Origin: a phage
Sequence record: PZ445550.1
DNA: 64,000 nt
Strand: one strand, 5' to 3'
In this document: positions 30,141 through 40,098 of the stretch, piece after piece
How positions within the stretch are numbered: position 1 is the stretch's first letter
How the letters are laid out: the number at the start of each line of letters is the position of its first letter
Notes under the pieces: model-generated
Databases searched by the model: none
What the model was told of the DNA's origin: nothing
Seen by the model: the letters and a program-made list of their open reading frames with translations, nothing else
Program-made: the position numbers and the translations under genes

Positions 30141-30168
30141 GATATAAGAAAAGGGGCCGAAGCCCCTC
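30141..30168 (-). terminator. Rho-independent terminator after D11-like gene
   Basis: Minus-strand hairpin AGGGGC-TTCG-GCCCCT followed by a T-run. Confidence 0.6.
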
Positions 30169-30174
30169 TATTTA

Positions 30175-30948
30175 TTAATCATCCAGATCGCTTGCAGCTT
30201 CTGGGTCAATACCTTTCTGGGCTCCAGCATTGCTATTACCAGACTTAGCATCATCATCTTTATTCTCACGACCTTCCATGAATGCTTGAATTGCTTCTTT
30301 CTGCTCTTCATAGGTAGGAACCGGATAAGTATTTTCCAGAGAAGGAACTTTTTCGAACTTGATGATGTCACCATCTTCATCACACATAGCTTCACCAATC
30401 AGGTCAGTATCTACAACATACTGCTTAGCTTCAGCACTGTTAGGATCTTGAAGTTTCATCTGGAACTGCATAGCGGCAATCTGCTGTACATCATATTCAG
30501 TATCAAAGCCTTTACCTTTTTTCTCGATAGAAATATCAATATCGAACGGAGTTGCCAGACTCAACTGCTTCATAATAGACTGGATGCCTTTCAGAATAGT
30601 AGCCTTAACTTCCATTACTTTCAGTTTGTTATCAGAACGGTCAATAACAAAAGCGATATAGTTTTTCTTCGGTTTCAGCGGAACACGATTACCGTCTTTA
30701 TCCAGTTCTTTTTCAAAGAAACCCATGTCATGGACCGGATCAGCTTTACCACGAACAAAACTCTCTTTGTCACGGTTAAAACGTAGACACTCGAACGGAG
30801 CTACTCCACCATCTTTATTAGTCAGCCAATAGACATAACGCGGAAGAACACCAGAAACGATACGAACACGAGTGATGCCGTTGTTGAACTTCAGGAATTC
30901 GATTTTATCGTTAGAACCGCCAGTAGTTTCGCCCCAAGACTTAGCCAT
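30175..30948 (-). CDS. D11-like early protein
   Basis: 257-aa ORF in conserved position between sbcD and the D10-like helicase; E. coli-optimal codons. Confidence 0.5.
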   Translation of the reverse strand: MAKSWGETTGGSNDKIEFLKFNNGITRVRIVSGVLPRYVYWLTNKDGGVAPFECLRFNRDKESFVRGKADPVHDMGFFEKELDKDGNRVPLKPKKNYIAFVIDRSDNKLKVMEVKATILKGIQSIMKQLSLATPFDIDISIEKKGKGFDTEYDVQQIAAMQFQMKLQDPNSAEAKQYVVDTDLIGEAMCDEDGDIIKFEKVPSLENTYPVPTYEEQKEAIQAFMEGRENKDDDAKSGNSNAGAQKGIDPEAASDLDD

Positions 30949-31225
30949 ATTTTATTTCCTCTTTAAAGATTAATTTCGATTTATTAATTGCGATTAGTGG
31001 GTTAGTGTCGATTACTAAACGTGGTATCCATACTGGAACATACTGTATGTCCAAACTAGGATCGTTTGTAAACTTGTATTCGGCATAATTTCGTAGACTT
31101 AAAATCCCTAGATATTCTGCCAGTTGTCTATTAGACAATTTATTTGGATTATCAACAATCGTTGATTTATTCAAAATGAATGAGGGGCCGACTAATAATT
31201 GGTGAGCATCAGGCTCTGTAAGCAT
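30941..31225 (-). CDS. Hypothetical protein
   Basis: 94-aa ORF; no obvious Shine-Dalgarno sequence. Confidence 0.3.
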   Translation of the reverse strand: MLTEPDAHQLLVGPSFILNKSTIVDNPNKLSNRQLAEYLGILSLRNYAEYKFTNDPSLDIQYVPVWIPRLVIDTNPLIAINKSKLIFKEEIKYG

Positions 31226-31332
31226 TCTTTTAAAGAGCTTAATAATTAAGTCGGAATTTCCCCTAGCTAGTAAGTATAGCCTTTCATAATCGAAGAATTT
31301 AATTTTTGTTTTCTCCTCGAATTTATGTATAT

Positions 31333-31362
31333 ATTATACTAGATTTCGAGAGAATTTAGCAA
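31333..31362 (-). promoter_or_regulatory. Early promoter (proximal copy of a tandem pair)
   Basis: Minus strand reads TTGCTA, 18-bp spacer, TATAAT, followed by a P_N25-like leader. Confidence 0.5.
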
Positions 31363-31433
31363 CTAAAATTTTTATTTTTCTGCTTCGGACTTTCTTATCA
31401 ATCCGAAACTTTCTCTCTCAAATTTATGTATAT

Positions 31434-31462
31434 ATTATACATCATTTATGGGCTGTTGCCAA
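31434..31462 (-). promoter_or_regulatory. Early promoter (distal copy of a tandem pair)
   Basis: Minus strand reads TTGGCA, 17-bp spacer, TATAAT; the -35 lies in the 3' end of the helicase gene. Confidence 0.5.
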
Positions 31463-32798
31463 ATGCAACTTTAGCTAATTGAACTGCTTTCTCAGGTGTC
31501 ATAGCAATAGTTTTCCACCCATTGTTACGATATACTGCCATACGCCCAGAAGCCTGTCTTAATCCAGTGCCTCCTTTCATAATTAGATCTACAACAATAG
31601 GATCTAGTTTACCATCAACAATACGTTGAACGCGACCTGCAAGCTGCTCAATAAGAGATTCATTATTAATGAGGCTTCCCATTATTAAGCAAGATAGTTC
31701 ATTAAGGGAGATACCTTCAGAGAAAATACTCTGAGCAGCCGCGAGTACACAGGGGTCTCCTTTTGCTATATCTTCCTGGATTTTTAATCGTTCATCTAAT
31801 GGAGTTGCTCCTATAATTTCATATGTTGTAACCCCTCGTTGCGCTAGTGCTTCCAGTACTATTTGGATTAACTCTGTCCTGTCACTCACAATGAGTACTT
31901 TGTGTCCCATACTTACATACAAATGTGCTAGATTTATAATAGTCTCTCGGTATTCAGGATGGTTATACACATCATTAGCACGCAACGCCCACGGTACATT
32001 CTGGTTTCCTGATAATTCAACAGGAACTGAATACCTATGGATTGTAGGTGCAACAGTATTATTAACTGGAGGACTAAAGATCTTATATCCAAAGAAATCT
32101 TTGAACATAACTTGTAGACCATCTTTACGTTTTAGCGTACCAGATAGGCCAATCTTGTATCGAGCACACGATATTTCTAGGAAATTAGTGAAAGTTGTAG
32201 CCACACAATGGTGGACTTCATCAACTATAACAGTACCGAATACTTTAGAAAGATTATTCGCATGTTTATTCACTGTTTGAATATTACTAACCACAATTGG
32301 TGGGTCAATATTATATTTCCCGGAGCCTATAATACCTGGCTCAAACCCAAACCATTTACGAACTTCTGCCGCCCACATTTCACGGATGGATGTATTCGTA
32401 CAGATTACCAAAGTTTTCTGGCCAAATTTATACGCAAGTGCAAGAGCTAGGATAGTTTTACCAAATCCAGGCTTACCATTAATAATACAGGTATCATCAC
32501 ATTCCTCGTATATTGGAAGCTGATCTTCTTTACGTAGCTTGAACTTAGGTTTTGGTATATCTACTGGAGCTAACGTGCGTTTGTCAACTAACTCATACTT
32601 TACTCCCTTAGCATCTAATAAGTCTAGACGCGTAATAGGAATCCACTTGATCTCTTTAGCAACAACACCACTATTCTTATACATAATAGGGTATTTACTG
32701 GTCATTGTCTCTATGTGATAAGTGGTTTGTTTACTACAGTAGTCCCAGAGTTCTTCATCGGGCTTGAAATAGGCTTTGTTAGATATAACAACCTTCAT
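31446..32798 (-). CDS. SF2 DNA helicase (T5 D10-like)
   Basis: Walker A GKPGFGKT, DExH box VIVDEVHH, helicase C-terminal motifs. Confidence 0.8.
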   Translation of the reverse strand: MKVVISNKAYFKPDEELWDYCSKQTTYHIETMTSKYPIMYKNSGVVAKEIKWIPITRLDLLDAKGVKYELVDKRTLAPVDIPKPKFKLRKEDQLPIYEECDDTCIINGKPGFGKTILALALAYKFGQKTLVICTNTSIREMWAAEVRKWFGFEPGIIGSGKYNIDPPIVVSNIQTVNKHANNLSKVFGTVIVDEVHHCVATTFTNFLEISCARYKIGLSGTLKRKDGLQVMFKDFFGYKIFSPPVNNTVAPTIHRYSVPVELSGNQNVPWALRANDVYNHPEYRETIINLAHLYVSMGHKVLIVSDRTELIQIVLEALAQRGVTTYEIIGATPLDERLKIQEDIAKGDPCVLAAAQSIFSEGISLNELSCLIMGSLINNESLIEQLAGRVQRIVDGKLDPIVVDLIMKGGTGLRQASGRMAVYRNNGWKTIAMTPEKAVQLAKVAFGNSP

Positions 32799-33292
32799 AA
32801 TTTTATTCTAAGTCTAGGAATTTCAGGCTCCTCTTGATGGACTTGGTAAATAACAGGGCTATTATTTACCAGAATATAACTTATATAGGCGGGAACATAT
32901 GGTAATACAAATGGGTACGGTACTTTAGCCACGTAACATTGATATTTTCCATTATAAATTCTAGCTGAATGTAGAACTTTAGAGGTGACAATATCATAGA
33001 ACGTAGTTTTCTTCCAATTAATAAGATTTCCATCAGAATCTATAAACTGGCTACGTTTTGACCCAACTAATTGAGACAACATTGATATTCTGCCACGAAT
33101 GGGATAGAGCTTGTAGGGTAATTCTTTCCGCTTCTCAAATAGAATAAGTCTACGTTGAGAAAATGTGCCAGGCAACTTCCTGTTATCTAGCACATATTTA
33201 TTATATCTTGTTGTAATTATGGAATAATCCCCTTCTTGCTCAATTGATACAAACGCCCGTAAAGCATATACGGGCAGTTTGAAATCAAGCAC
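32795..33292 (-). CDS. Hypothetical protein
   Basis: 165-aa ORF between DNA polymerase and helicase, with overlapping start/stop codons. Confidence 0.4.
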   Translation of the reverse strand: MLDFKLPVYALRAFVSIEQEGDYSIITTRYNKYVLDNRKLPGTFSQRRLILFEKRKELPYKLYPIRGRISMLSQLVGSKRSQFIDSDGNLINWKKTTFYDIVTSKVLHSARIYNGKYQCYVAKVPYPFVLPYVPAYISYILVNNSPVIYQVHQEEPEIPRLRIKL

Positions 33293-35852
33293 CTAAAATC
33301 CTCTTCACATTATCCAGATCTTTACATACAGCAATAAATTTATCATCCTTGTATTTATTGTGCTCTGGATGCTCTTTATCCATTGCAGCTAATTTCTTAT
33401 ACTCAAAATCTGCATCAAGTAGTACACCCTTGACATAACGAGTATATTCATCATCGTCAATACAAGCGATTGACGGGTGTTGTTTCTTCATCTTACCACA
33501 AGAGTAATCACGAGAACCACCTTTTTCAGAGTCAGAATCAATACCAATCGGGCAGCCAGGGATGCTAATACCACGATCTTTCTGAATATTACGAATCAGA
33601 ATTTCGTTGTACTGGTCAATTAAATCTTCACGAACAATAGCAACCACGGAGTCATGGACTAGCATAACAATCTTCATCTCTTGCTCTAACCCAAGAGAAA
33701 TGATCTCATTATCCGCGTCCACAGCACCTAAAAGGAGGCTATCAGAAGAGGCAGACTGAATGATTGCGTTAAATCCAGAACGGATTTCTTCACCCTGAAC
33801 TCCACGGTCTTCAGAATGGATGTTGTGCAAACGACGTTTACGACCAAAATGACTATAGATAAATCCAAAGTTCTTGATTTGGTCATGGCACTTATCAATC
33901 CAGCGCTTAAGCTGAGGGAACTGACCGAAGTAAGTTTCGATGTAGTCCTTCGCATCTGCAACGGTACATTCAACAAACGGTTCACCAGTTTTAGCAGCCT
34001 GTTCTAGAAGAGCTTCGTTAACAGAATGAGCTACCTTAGCTGGACCAGAACCGTACAAAATACCAAAGGTAATTGCTTTAGCTGCTTGACGTAGAGCTGG
34101 GAATAGCTTTTTAACATCACGCGGTTCACATTGCAGTTTAAATACCATATGTGCGATGTTAGAGTGGAAGTCAGGGTATTTATCAGGTTCATTTCTCATA
34201 TTGATAAATACTTGCTGCATATTTCTATCTCCAGATAGAACAGCAGCATAATAAACTTCCGCAGTTGTTAAGTCCCATGCAATTACACGGTATCCTTTGG
34301 GAGCTACTACACAACCTTTGATAATTGATTCATCACGAGGTAGCTGTTGCAGGTTTAGTTTACCGGAAGAACTCAGACGACCTGAAGTAGTCATATGTTC
34401 ATGGAAACCTGTACGAATGCAACCATCTGCATCAATACTCAGTAGAATCTTCTCTACATAAGTTGAGATTAGCTTAGTCAATTTACGAATCTCTAGCAGA
34501 GTCTTAGCTATTGGATGTTGCGTAGCTAATTCATTCAGAGCTTCTGCATCAGTGGAATCCGCTCCAGTATCCGTAAGTTTACCTGTTGGGGTTAAACCAA
34601 CATAATCAAACAGAAGAACACGTAGTTGTTTAACAGAGTTAGGATTAAATGCTTCATTCTGGTCTTTCTCTAGCTGAACTACTTCTGGATAAGTATACAG
34701 TTTCTCACGAGCTTTATTCAGATTATGGGTTAACTGATACTGAGCTTCTTTTAGACGATCAACAGAAATTGGTACTCCACGGTCTTCAACACGTTGTAGG
34801 AATACACAACCAGGCATTAGAACGTCGTAATACAGACTGCAAAGTTTTTCATTCTTCTCAATTTTCGGTAAGAAGAAGTTATGCAAACGTATAGTAGCAT
34901 CCGTATCTTTTGCAGCATACGGCCACATAATATCAAATGGAATTAAATCATAGGTGAAATCTTCTTTCTTGATTTTATGCGCTTTGCAGTAATCATCTTT
35001 AAACTTATCTAGTTCAAAATCATAATCACCCATATCGGTGTACTTCATTGCTAGTGATTTCAAGCCATGAGTACCACGACGTTCATCTAGAACATAGTGC
35101 TGTAACATGGTATCGTGAAGTCTACGTTCTTTATGCGCTTTATCAAAAGTAAGTCCCAGATGATACTTATAAAAGTGCATATCAAACTTCAAGTTATGAA
35201 AAACAATAGTGTGTTTTTCACTGTCCAGAATTTTCTGGAGATAGTACACTGCAACTTCCGTAAGGCAATCAGAATCGATATAAACACCTTGATACTCTTG
35301 GTGAGACATAGAAACACCAAGCAGATAACCATCACGACAGTATAATGCTGAGGTTTCGGAGTCGAATGCTACAGGTCCGATAACCATGTTGTATACCATT
35401 TTGATATATTCTTCAGCTTCGTCTGGATCTGTAATAGGACGATAATCACCAGCTTTTGCAATCTTCTCACGACCATTGATAATATCGTGGATGTTTTCTA
35501 CTGTTGCATCGAAAACTGGTTTCATTTCAGGTTTAAAGTGTAACTGGGCTGGACTAATACTTGCAATCCAGTTAGCATATCCGTTATATTCTACACGTTT
35601 ACCAGTATAATCACCAATGCCTTTTTTGCCTGCAAAGTACAGAAAAGGTTCAGCACCTACTAGTATAACAAAATCATAATCGTTCGGATTAAATGGGTTT
35701 TCTGGTGTTCCGATAGTAATGTGCTTTTTCAGCAAACGTCCAGATAACTTCTCGTTACACATATGAAATACATCAACTTCTTCACCATAAAGCTGGAAGT
35801 GCTTGTCATAACGAGTATTATTTAGTGCTTTGTCAACTACTGCGATTTTCAA
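33285..35852 (-). CDS. DNA polymerase (family A, T5 D9-like)
   Basis: 855 aa, same length as T5 polymerase; 3'-5' exonuclease motif VAFDSET, polymerase motifs DLTTAEVYY and MLVHDS. Confidence 0.9.
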   Translation of the reverse strand: MKIAVVDKALNNTRYDKHFQLYGEEVDVFHMCNEKLSGRLLKKHITIGTPENPFNPNDYDFVILVGAEPFLYFAGKKGIGDYTGKRVEYNGYANWIASISPAQLHFKPEMKPVFDATVENIHDIINGREKIAKAGDYRPITDPDEAEEYIKMVYNMVIGPVAFDSETSALYCRDGYLLGVSMSHQEYQGVYIDSDCLTEVAVYYLQKILDSEKHTIVFHNLKFDMHFYKYHLGLTFDKAHKERRLHDTMLQHYVLDERRGTHGLKSLAMKYTDMGDYDFELDKFKDDYCKAHKIKKEDFTYDLIPFDIMWPYAAKDTDATIRLHNFFLPKIEKNEKLCSLYYDVLMPGCVFLQRVEDRGVPISVDRLKEAQYQLTHNLNKAREKLYTYPEVVQLEKDQNEAFNPNSVKQLRVLLFDYVGLTPTGKLTDTGADSTDAEALNELATQHPIAKTLLEIRKLTKLISTYVEKILLSIDADGCIRTGFHEHMTTSGRLSSSGKLNLQQLPRDESIIKGCVVAPKGYRVIAWDLTTAEVYYAAVLSGDRNMQQVFINMRNEPDKYPDFHSNIAHMVFKLQCEPRDVKKLFPALRQAAKAITFGILYGSGPAKVAHSVNEALLEQAAKTGEPFVECTVADAKDYIETYFGQFPQLKRWIDKCHDQIKNFGFIYSHFGRKRRLHNIHSEDRGVQGEEIRSGFNAIIQSASSDSLLLGAVDADNEIISLGLEQEMKIVMLVHDSVVAIVREDLIDQYNEILIRNIQKDRGISIPGCPIGIDSDSEKGGSRDYSCGKMKKQHPSIACIDDDEYTRYVKGVLLDADFEYKKLAAMDKEHPEHNKYKDDKFIAVCKDLDNVKRILGA

Positions 35853-35913
35853 ATTTAATCTCCTCTTGGTAAGTAAGTATAACTTCAGTGTTTCTTCTCT
35901 AACTTACCAATAT

Positions 35914-35943
35914 ATTATACCAAATCTTTAAGCGATTCAGCAA
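35914..35943 (-). promoter_or_regulatory. Early promoter upstream of DNA polymerase
   Basis: Minus strand reads TTGCTG, 18-bp spacer, TATAAT; overlaps the primase stop codon. Confidence 0.5.
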
Positions 35944-36805
35944 CTAAAATTTCAATACGTTTTGCTAACATATCAATTTCTTCTTTGTTTAAATCACCGG
36001 GGTCTTTACCTTCAGGCAGAAGAAAGTTAGCAACTACAGGCGTTAAACGTGTTTTTGTACGAATTAGCTTAGCCAATGCTTGTGCAGCTTTATTACCAGA
36101 AGTATCATTATCTAGTAAGATAACAACAACTTTAACGCCAGAAATAATATAAGGACTGAACTTATCTGCAATGTTATCAGAAGTAAACTGATGTGTACCA
36201 AAGCAACAAGAAGCATAGTCTATACCATTATCTTCTAGATTCAGCATATCAAAGATACCTTCAACTAGAACAAGAACTGGTGTATTATATCGTATAGGAA
36301 AAATCGGTGGTGAAACTTGTTTTGGTTTTACTAAGTATTTAGGAGGGGCAGAACTGTTTATAGAACGTCCCAGGAATAGGATATTGCGTCCAACAGCATC
36401 TGTTATTGGGAATACAATTCTGCCCTCCCAATCTGCTTGATGTTGGAAAGCAAAATATTTCTTCAAGGTCTTAGAGCTTATACCTCGGAAATCACCTTCG
36501 AAAAGGTAAGCAGATTCAGGAATTGCAAGATTCATAGAACCATTCCTAATCTCAGAAATCTTTTTACGTACTTGAGACAATCTTGGAGATTGTCTATATT
36601 GAGTTTCATTAAAATAGTGATAAATGCTCGGTATACCTTTACCAAAGCCACAACTCAAGCAGTGCATAATACCTGTTTCAGGGTCAATACGCAAACTTGG
36701 ATGTTTATCATCATGATCTGGATTGAGACAACAGATGAGGATGTCCCCACCTGTGTCCTTATATTCAATGCCTTTCAGATCAAGTAGTTCTGTTATTCTA
36801 CTCAT
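35915..36805 (-). CDS. DNA primase (zinc-binding plus TOPRIM-like)
   Basis: Cys/His cluster CCLNPDHDDKHPS...CLSCGFGKG near the N-terminus; acidic TOPRIM-like VLVEGIFD and LLDND. Confidence 0.75.
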   Translation of the reverse strand: MSRITELLDLKGIEYKDTGGDILICCLNPDHDDKHPSLRIDPETGIMHCLSCGFGKGIPSIYHYFNETQYRQSPRLSQVRKKISEIRNGSMNLAIPESAYLFEGDFRGISSKTLKKYFAFQHQADWEGRIVFPITDAVGRNILFLGRSINSSAPPKYLVKPKQVSPPIFPIRYNTPVLVLVEGIFDMLNLEDNGIDYASCCFGTHQFTSDNIADKFSPYIISGVKVVVILLDNDTSGNKAAQALAKLIRTKTRLTPVVANFLLPEGKDPGDLNKEEIDMLAKRIEILVAESLKDLV

Positions 36806-38325
36806 ATATCACTGGCCTGTTCACCTGTTGAATTTTCTGGTTTCTCTTTCTTAGCACGTTTTGGTTGAGCTGGCTTATCCTTTTCTATCGGGATAACGAA
36901 TTCTGCTTCCATTTGAGATATATCTTCCATTGCTAAGTTGGTAGTATTATCCATTCGCAGAGTCTCCCAATTCATTTTAGGCATAAACTTCACGCCATCA
37001 GAAGAACGAGTCTTAACAAAGTCAAACATAATTGCTCCTTGACCATTGTCAGCTTTAGCAGCATTAAGATTAGCAGCCATATCTGCGGAATCAAGAATCC
37101 CTTTTGACATACGTGTTCTACCGTCTTGGTCAATCTGATAAGGAGCTACACCAGCCACATTATGCTTCTGGCAGATAGATTTGAAAGATGAGCTAACAAC
37201 CATCTGTTCTTTCCAATCATACATATCGATGGTTTTGGAATCTGGAAGTCGAGTTTGGTTGATATAGTCTAGTAAAGCTACGGTAACTTTATCTCCATAT
37301 CTAGCAACTAATTTATTTAGCTCTACATCAACTGTTGTGATGGATAATTCTGGATCGTACACTATAATCATAGGAGTATGAAGTTCATACCCTTCAATGA
37401 GCTTACTTTCCATATCATAGAAATCGCTCATTTTTGCCATAGTATACTGTTTGACAAAATTATCAAAAAGTTCCTCACCACCGTTAAACATTCTGGCTCT
37501 GGTTCTAGCTAATCTTAGAAGAGCTGCCCCTTCTAATGTATTATTACGCATTGCTAGAGCAGATACCCCAGCTAACATAGCTAAATTACGTCTAAATACT
37601 TCGTGCTCTTTCATCTCAATTGAGAAATATGGAGCAATATCTCCATTTAAATACTGCTGAACCTGTATGTTTGAACAGATAATGGATTTACCAGTACCAC
37701 GCCAACCACCAAGTAGTAACGTTTCTGTACGAGCTAAGCCTATTTGAGCATCAAACTCATTACAAATACCAAGAGCGATTAAATTTAGTTTGGTATCTTC
37801 TTCTCTCTGGAAAATACGCATATTGTCTGCGTTGAATACCTTTCCAGTATTCGTTACTTTCTCTTCTAATTTTAAGTGAAGGGAGGCAACTCGATTGAGA
37901 ATTTCTCCCTGATCCAGCATTGTTAAATCTTGAAGCACATCTGTTTCCAGAAGCTTCAGGAATAAATCCTGTGTATATTCGGCTTCTAGGACTTCAAGTG
38001 CCTGTTCCATGCTCACTTCTGGGATTTGAGTGTTAGCTAAGACGACTAGAGCTTGAGAAAGGCGGGCGTTCCTATTGGCCTCAAGCATAAGTGCGTCAAT
38101 GGACGGCATTGCGTTATATTTTTTATAATAATTCTGGACGGCTTGGTAAATTGAGGAGAAAGCGTCATTAAAATGATCTTTATGCAGTTTTGAGAATGTT
38201 TCCAATGCTATTTGTTTCTGTTCAGAAGCCAGAAGCATCTTCAACACTACAGCTTGCACGTTAAACAAGGTCATTCTCCTTTGCACGCTTTCGTGCCTTC
38301 TAAATGCAAAAAGGGGAAGGAGCAT
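36802..38325 (-). CDS. DnaB-like replicative helicase
   Basis: Walker A LGGWRGTGKS; RecA-like core; longest ORF starts inside the upstream terminator hairpin, so the true start may be near 38274. Confidence 0.75.
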   Translation of the reverse strand: MLLPLFAFRRHESVQRRMTLFNVQAVVLKMLLASEQKQIALETFSKLHKDHFNDAFSSIYQAVQNYYKKYNAMPSIDALMLEANRNARLSQALVVLANTQIPEVSMEQALEVLEAEYTQDLFLKLLETDVLQDLTMLDQGEILNRVASLHLKLEEKVTNTGKVFNADNMRIFQREEDTKLNLIALGICNEFDAQIGLARTETLLLGGWRGTGKSIICSNIQVQQYLNGDIAPYFSIEMKEHEVFRRNLAMLAGVSALAMRNNTLEGAALLRLARTRARMFNGGEELFDNFVKQYTMAKMSDFYDMESKLIEGYELHTPMIIVYDPELSITTVDVELNKLVARYGDKVTVALLDYINQTRLPDSKTIDMYDWKEQMVVSSSFKSICQKHNVAGVAPYQIDQDGRTRMSKGILDSADMAANLNAAKADNGQGAIMFDFVKTRSSDGVKFMPKMNWETLRMDNTTNLAMEDISQMEAEFVIPIEKDKPAQPKRAKKEKPENSTGEQASDI

Positions 38326-38342
38326 AGCCCCCTCCCCTTAGG
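38305..38342 (-). terminator. Rho-independent terminator after D5-like gene
   Basis: Minus-strand hairpin AAGGGGAGGG-loop-CCTTCCCCTT followed by TTTTTGC. Confidence 0.55.
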
Positions 38343-38356
38343 TTTAATTTACCAGA

Positions 38357-39124
38357 TTATTCAGTAGCCGCAGCTTTTGCATCCAGTTTAGCACGCTTAG
38401 CGGCACCATCATAGTCTTTAGCAACCAGACCACGACGAGACAGCATAGATTTAGCACCGCGCTCAGATTTACCAGTTTTCTCAGCGATTTCAGCAACAGT
38501 CATGTTAGCTAGATCCAAACCTTCTAGCAGATCTTCACGAGTTTTAGCACTTGAAGTTTCCTGTACCGGCATAGCAGCGATACGGCCTTCACGCAGCAGG
38601 CTAAGAGCTTTACCACGAATCTGCTTAATATTACGACCGAAATGTTCGGCAATAGCTTCAATAGTAGCACCAGCAACAACCTGATTTACAAAGTCGGTTT
38701 CTTCATCAGGAGTGAAGGAGCGAACAGCGGCAGCTTTTTCAGTCGGCTTAACAGATGCAGTCATTTCCAGACTCAGAATTTTACCCTGTACCTGCTTAGC
38801 ACCAAATTGACCACCAGCTACAGCAGCAGCAATTTCAGCGTAAGTATACTGACCAGCATGAGCGTTCAGGAAATCAACCAGTTCAGCTTCCTGCTCAGGA
38901 GTCCACGGGGATTTCTGTACTTCGTTAGCTTTCTGTACTTCAAAACCTTCTTTACGCAGTTTGGAGCCAACAGAGCGTGCAGTAACATCTTTACCCGTTT
39001 CAGCAGCCAGTTCAGCAGCGATAGCAGCTACTTGTTCTTGAGAGATTACAGTAACACCCAGAGCAGTGGCTTTTGCTTTCAGAGACTCGGTTACACCTTC
39101 TACGTTCCAGTTCAGTTTAGACAT
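38357..39124 (-). CDS. Putative DNA-binding protein with three internal repeats (T5 D5-like)
   Basis: 255 aa, Ala/Lys-rich; three repeats of a ...AEIA...G...K...GK.LSL... module; strongly biased codon usage. Confidence 0.45.
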   Translation of the reverse strand: MSKLNWNVEGVTESLKAKATALGVTVISQEQVAAIAAELAAETGKDVTARSVGSKLRKEGFEVQKANEVQKSPWTPEQEAELVDFLNAHAGQYTYAEIAAAVAGGQFGAKQVQGKILSLEMTASVKPTEKAAAVRSFTPDEETDFVNQVVAGATIEAIAEHFGRNIKQIRGKALSLLREGRIAAMPVQETSSAKTREDLLEGLDLANMTVAEIAEKTGKSERGAKSMLSRRGLVAKDYDGAAKRAKLDAKAAATE

Positions 39125-39899
39125 TATTATTTTTCTCCAATAGTTCTTTAATCGACAGGATTTCTATCCCATTCGTTTCGGCTTTCTTATAAGATGAGGA
39201 GGAACGCTTCGATTCATCCTCACAGATTAGGTATTTGACGTCTTTGGTAACAGATTTCTTAACCGTATACCCTAGACTTTCTAAATAGTTTGTTGCATCC
39301 GTTCTGTTTGCAAAATCTTGCAAAGATCCGGTAATACATACTGTGATTCCATTTGGTTGGGCTACTAGACCATCAGTAATAATGGTCTCAGCTTTAGTGC
39401 CTCTAATACCAGTTGAGAATTTCCACGGTAATTCGATTACATCCTTGCCTTGTGGGGAATTTAGCCAGGCTTTGTAGTTTTCTCCAGCTTTGCCATCAGC
39501 TCTCACATCTTGAAAGCTAGTGCAATTTTGGGATAATTTCTTTGCTGCAACCTCTCCAATTAGAGGAATTCCTAAAGAACCGAGAACTGAACCAAAGTCA
39601 ATGTCTCCGCGAACTTTAGTATTTAATTCGCTAATTAACTTAGCGGCAACCTTGCTACCCACTGCTCTAACCAAATCTTCTTCGGTTAGGTAAAATAGTT
39701 CTGAAATCTTCGTCAGCTCCAGCTTCTCAATAGTTTTTGGGCCAAAGCCCTTTAACTTCATTTTTGTACAGAAGTTCTCAATTAACTTACTTGATTGCGC
39801 TGGACAGTTGGACTTATTCCTACAGAATAATTGTCCATTGACAAGATCTAGTTTAGAACCACAAGAGGGACATTGTGTTGGAATTTCGATTTTCATCAA
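39117..39899 (-). CDS. ligB: NAD-dependent DNA ligase, C-terminal subunit (Zn finger, HhH, BRCT)
   Basis: CPSCGSKL...CRNKSNCPAQ zinc finger, helix-hairpin-helix region, BRCT-like ITVCITGSL...YLICED. Confidence 0.85.
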   Translation of the reverse strand: MMKIEIPTQCPSCGSKLDLVNGQLFCRNKSNCPAQSSKLIENFCTKMKLKGFGPKTIEKLELTKISELFYLTEEDLVRAVGSKVAAKLISELNTKVRGDIDFGSVLGSLGIPLIGEVAAKKLSQNCTSFQDVRADGKAGENYKAWLNSPQGKDVIELPWKFSTGIRGTKAETIITDGLVAQPNGITVCITGSLQDFANRTDATNYLESLGYTVKKSVTKDVKYLICEDESKRSSSSYKKAETNGIEILSIKELLEKNNNV

Positions 39900-39926
39900 A
39901 TTTCTTCCTTATCAATTTATATAAAT

Positions 39927-39955
39927 ATTATAGCAAGTATTTAAGCATTTAGCAA
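39927..39955 (-). promoter_or_regulatory. Early promoter in the ligA-ligB spacer
   Basis: Minus strand reads TTGCTA, 17-bp spacer, TATAAT. Confidence 0.55.
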
Positions 39956-40098
39956 CTACAATTTTAACTAACTTTGCTTACCCTCGCCATAACTTTCTAT
40001 CCCTCAACTGAATGATAATAGTATATACCTAAGCGGCGAAAATGTCAATAACCACTTTATAATTCCGATATGGTAGATGGGTAGCAAAGGGTTGTGAA

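Noticed and set aside
30168-30398. 76-aa minus-strand ORF overlapping the 3' end of the D11-like gene
   Set aside because: Alternative frame of a better-supported, codon-optimised CDS; no independent ribosome-binding site.
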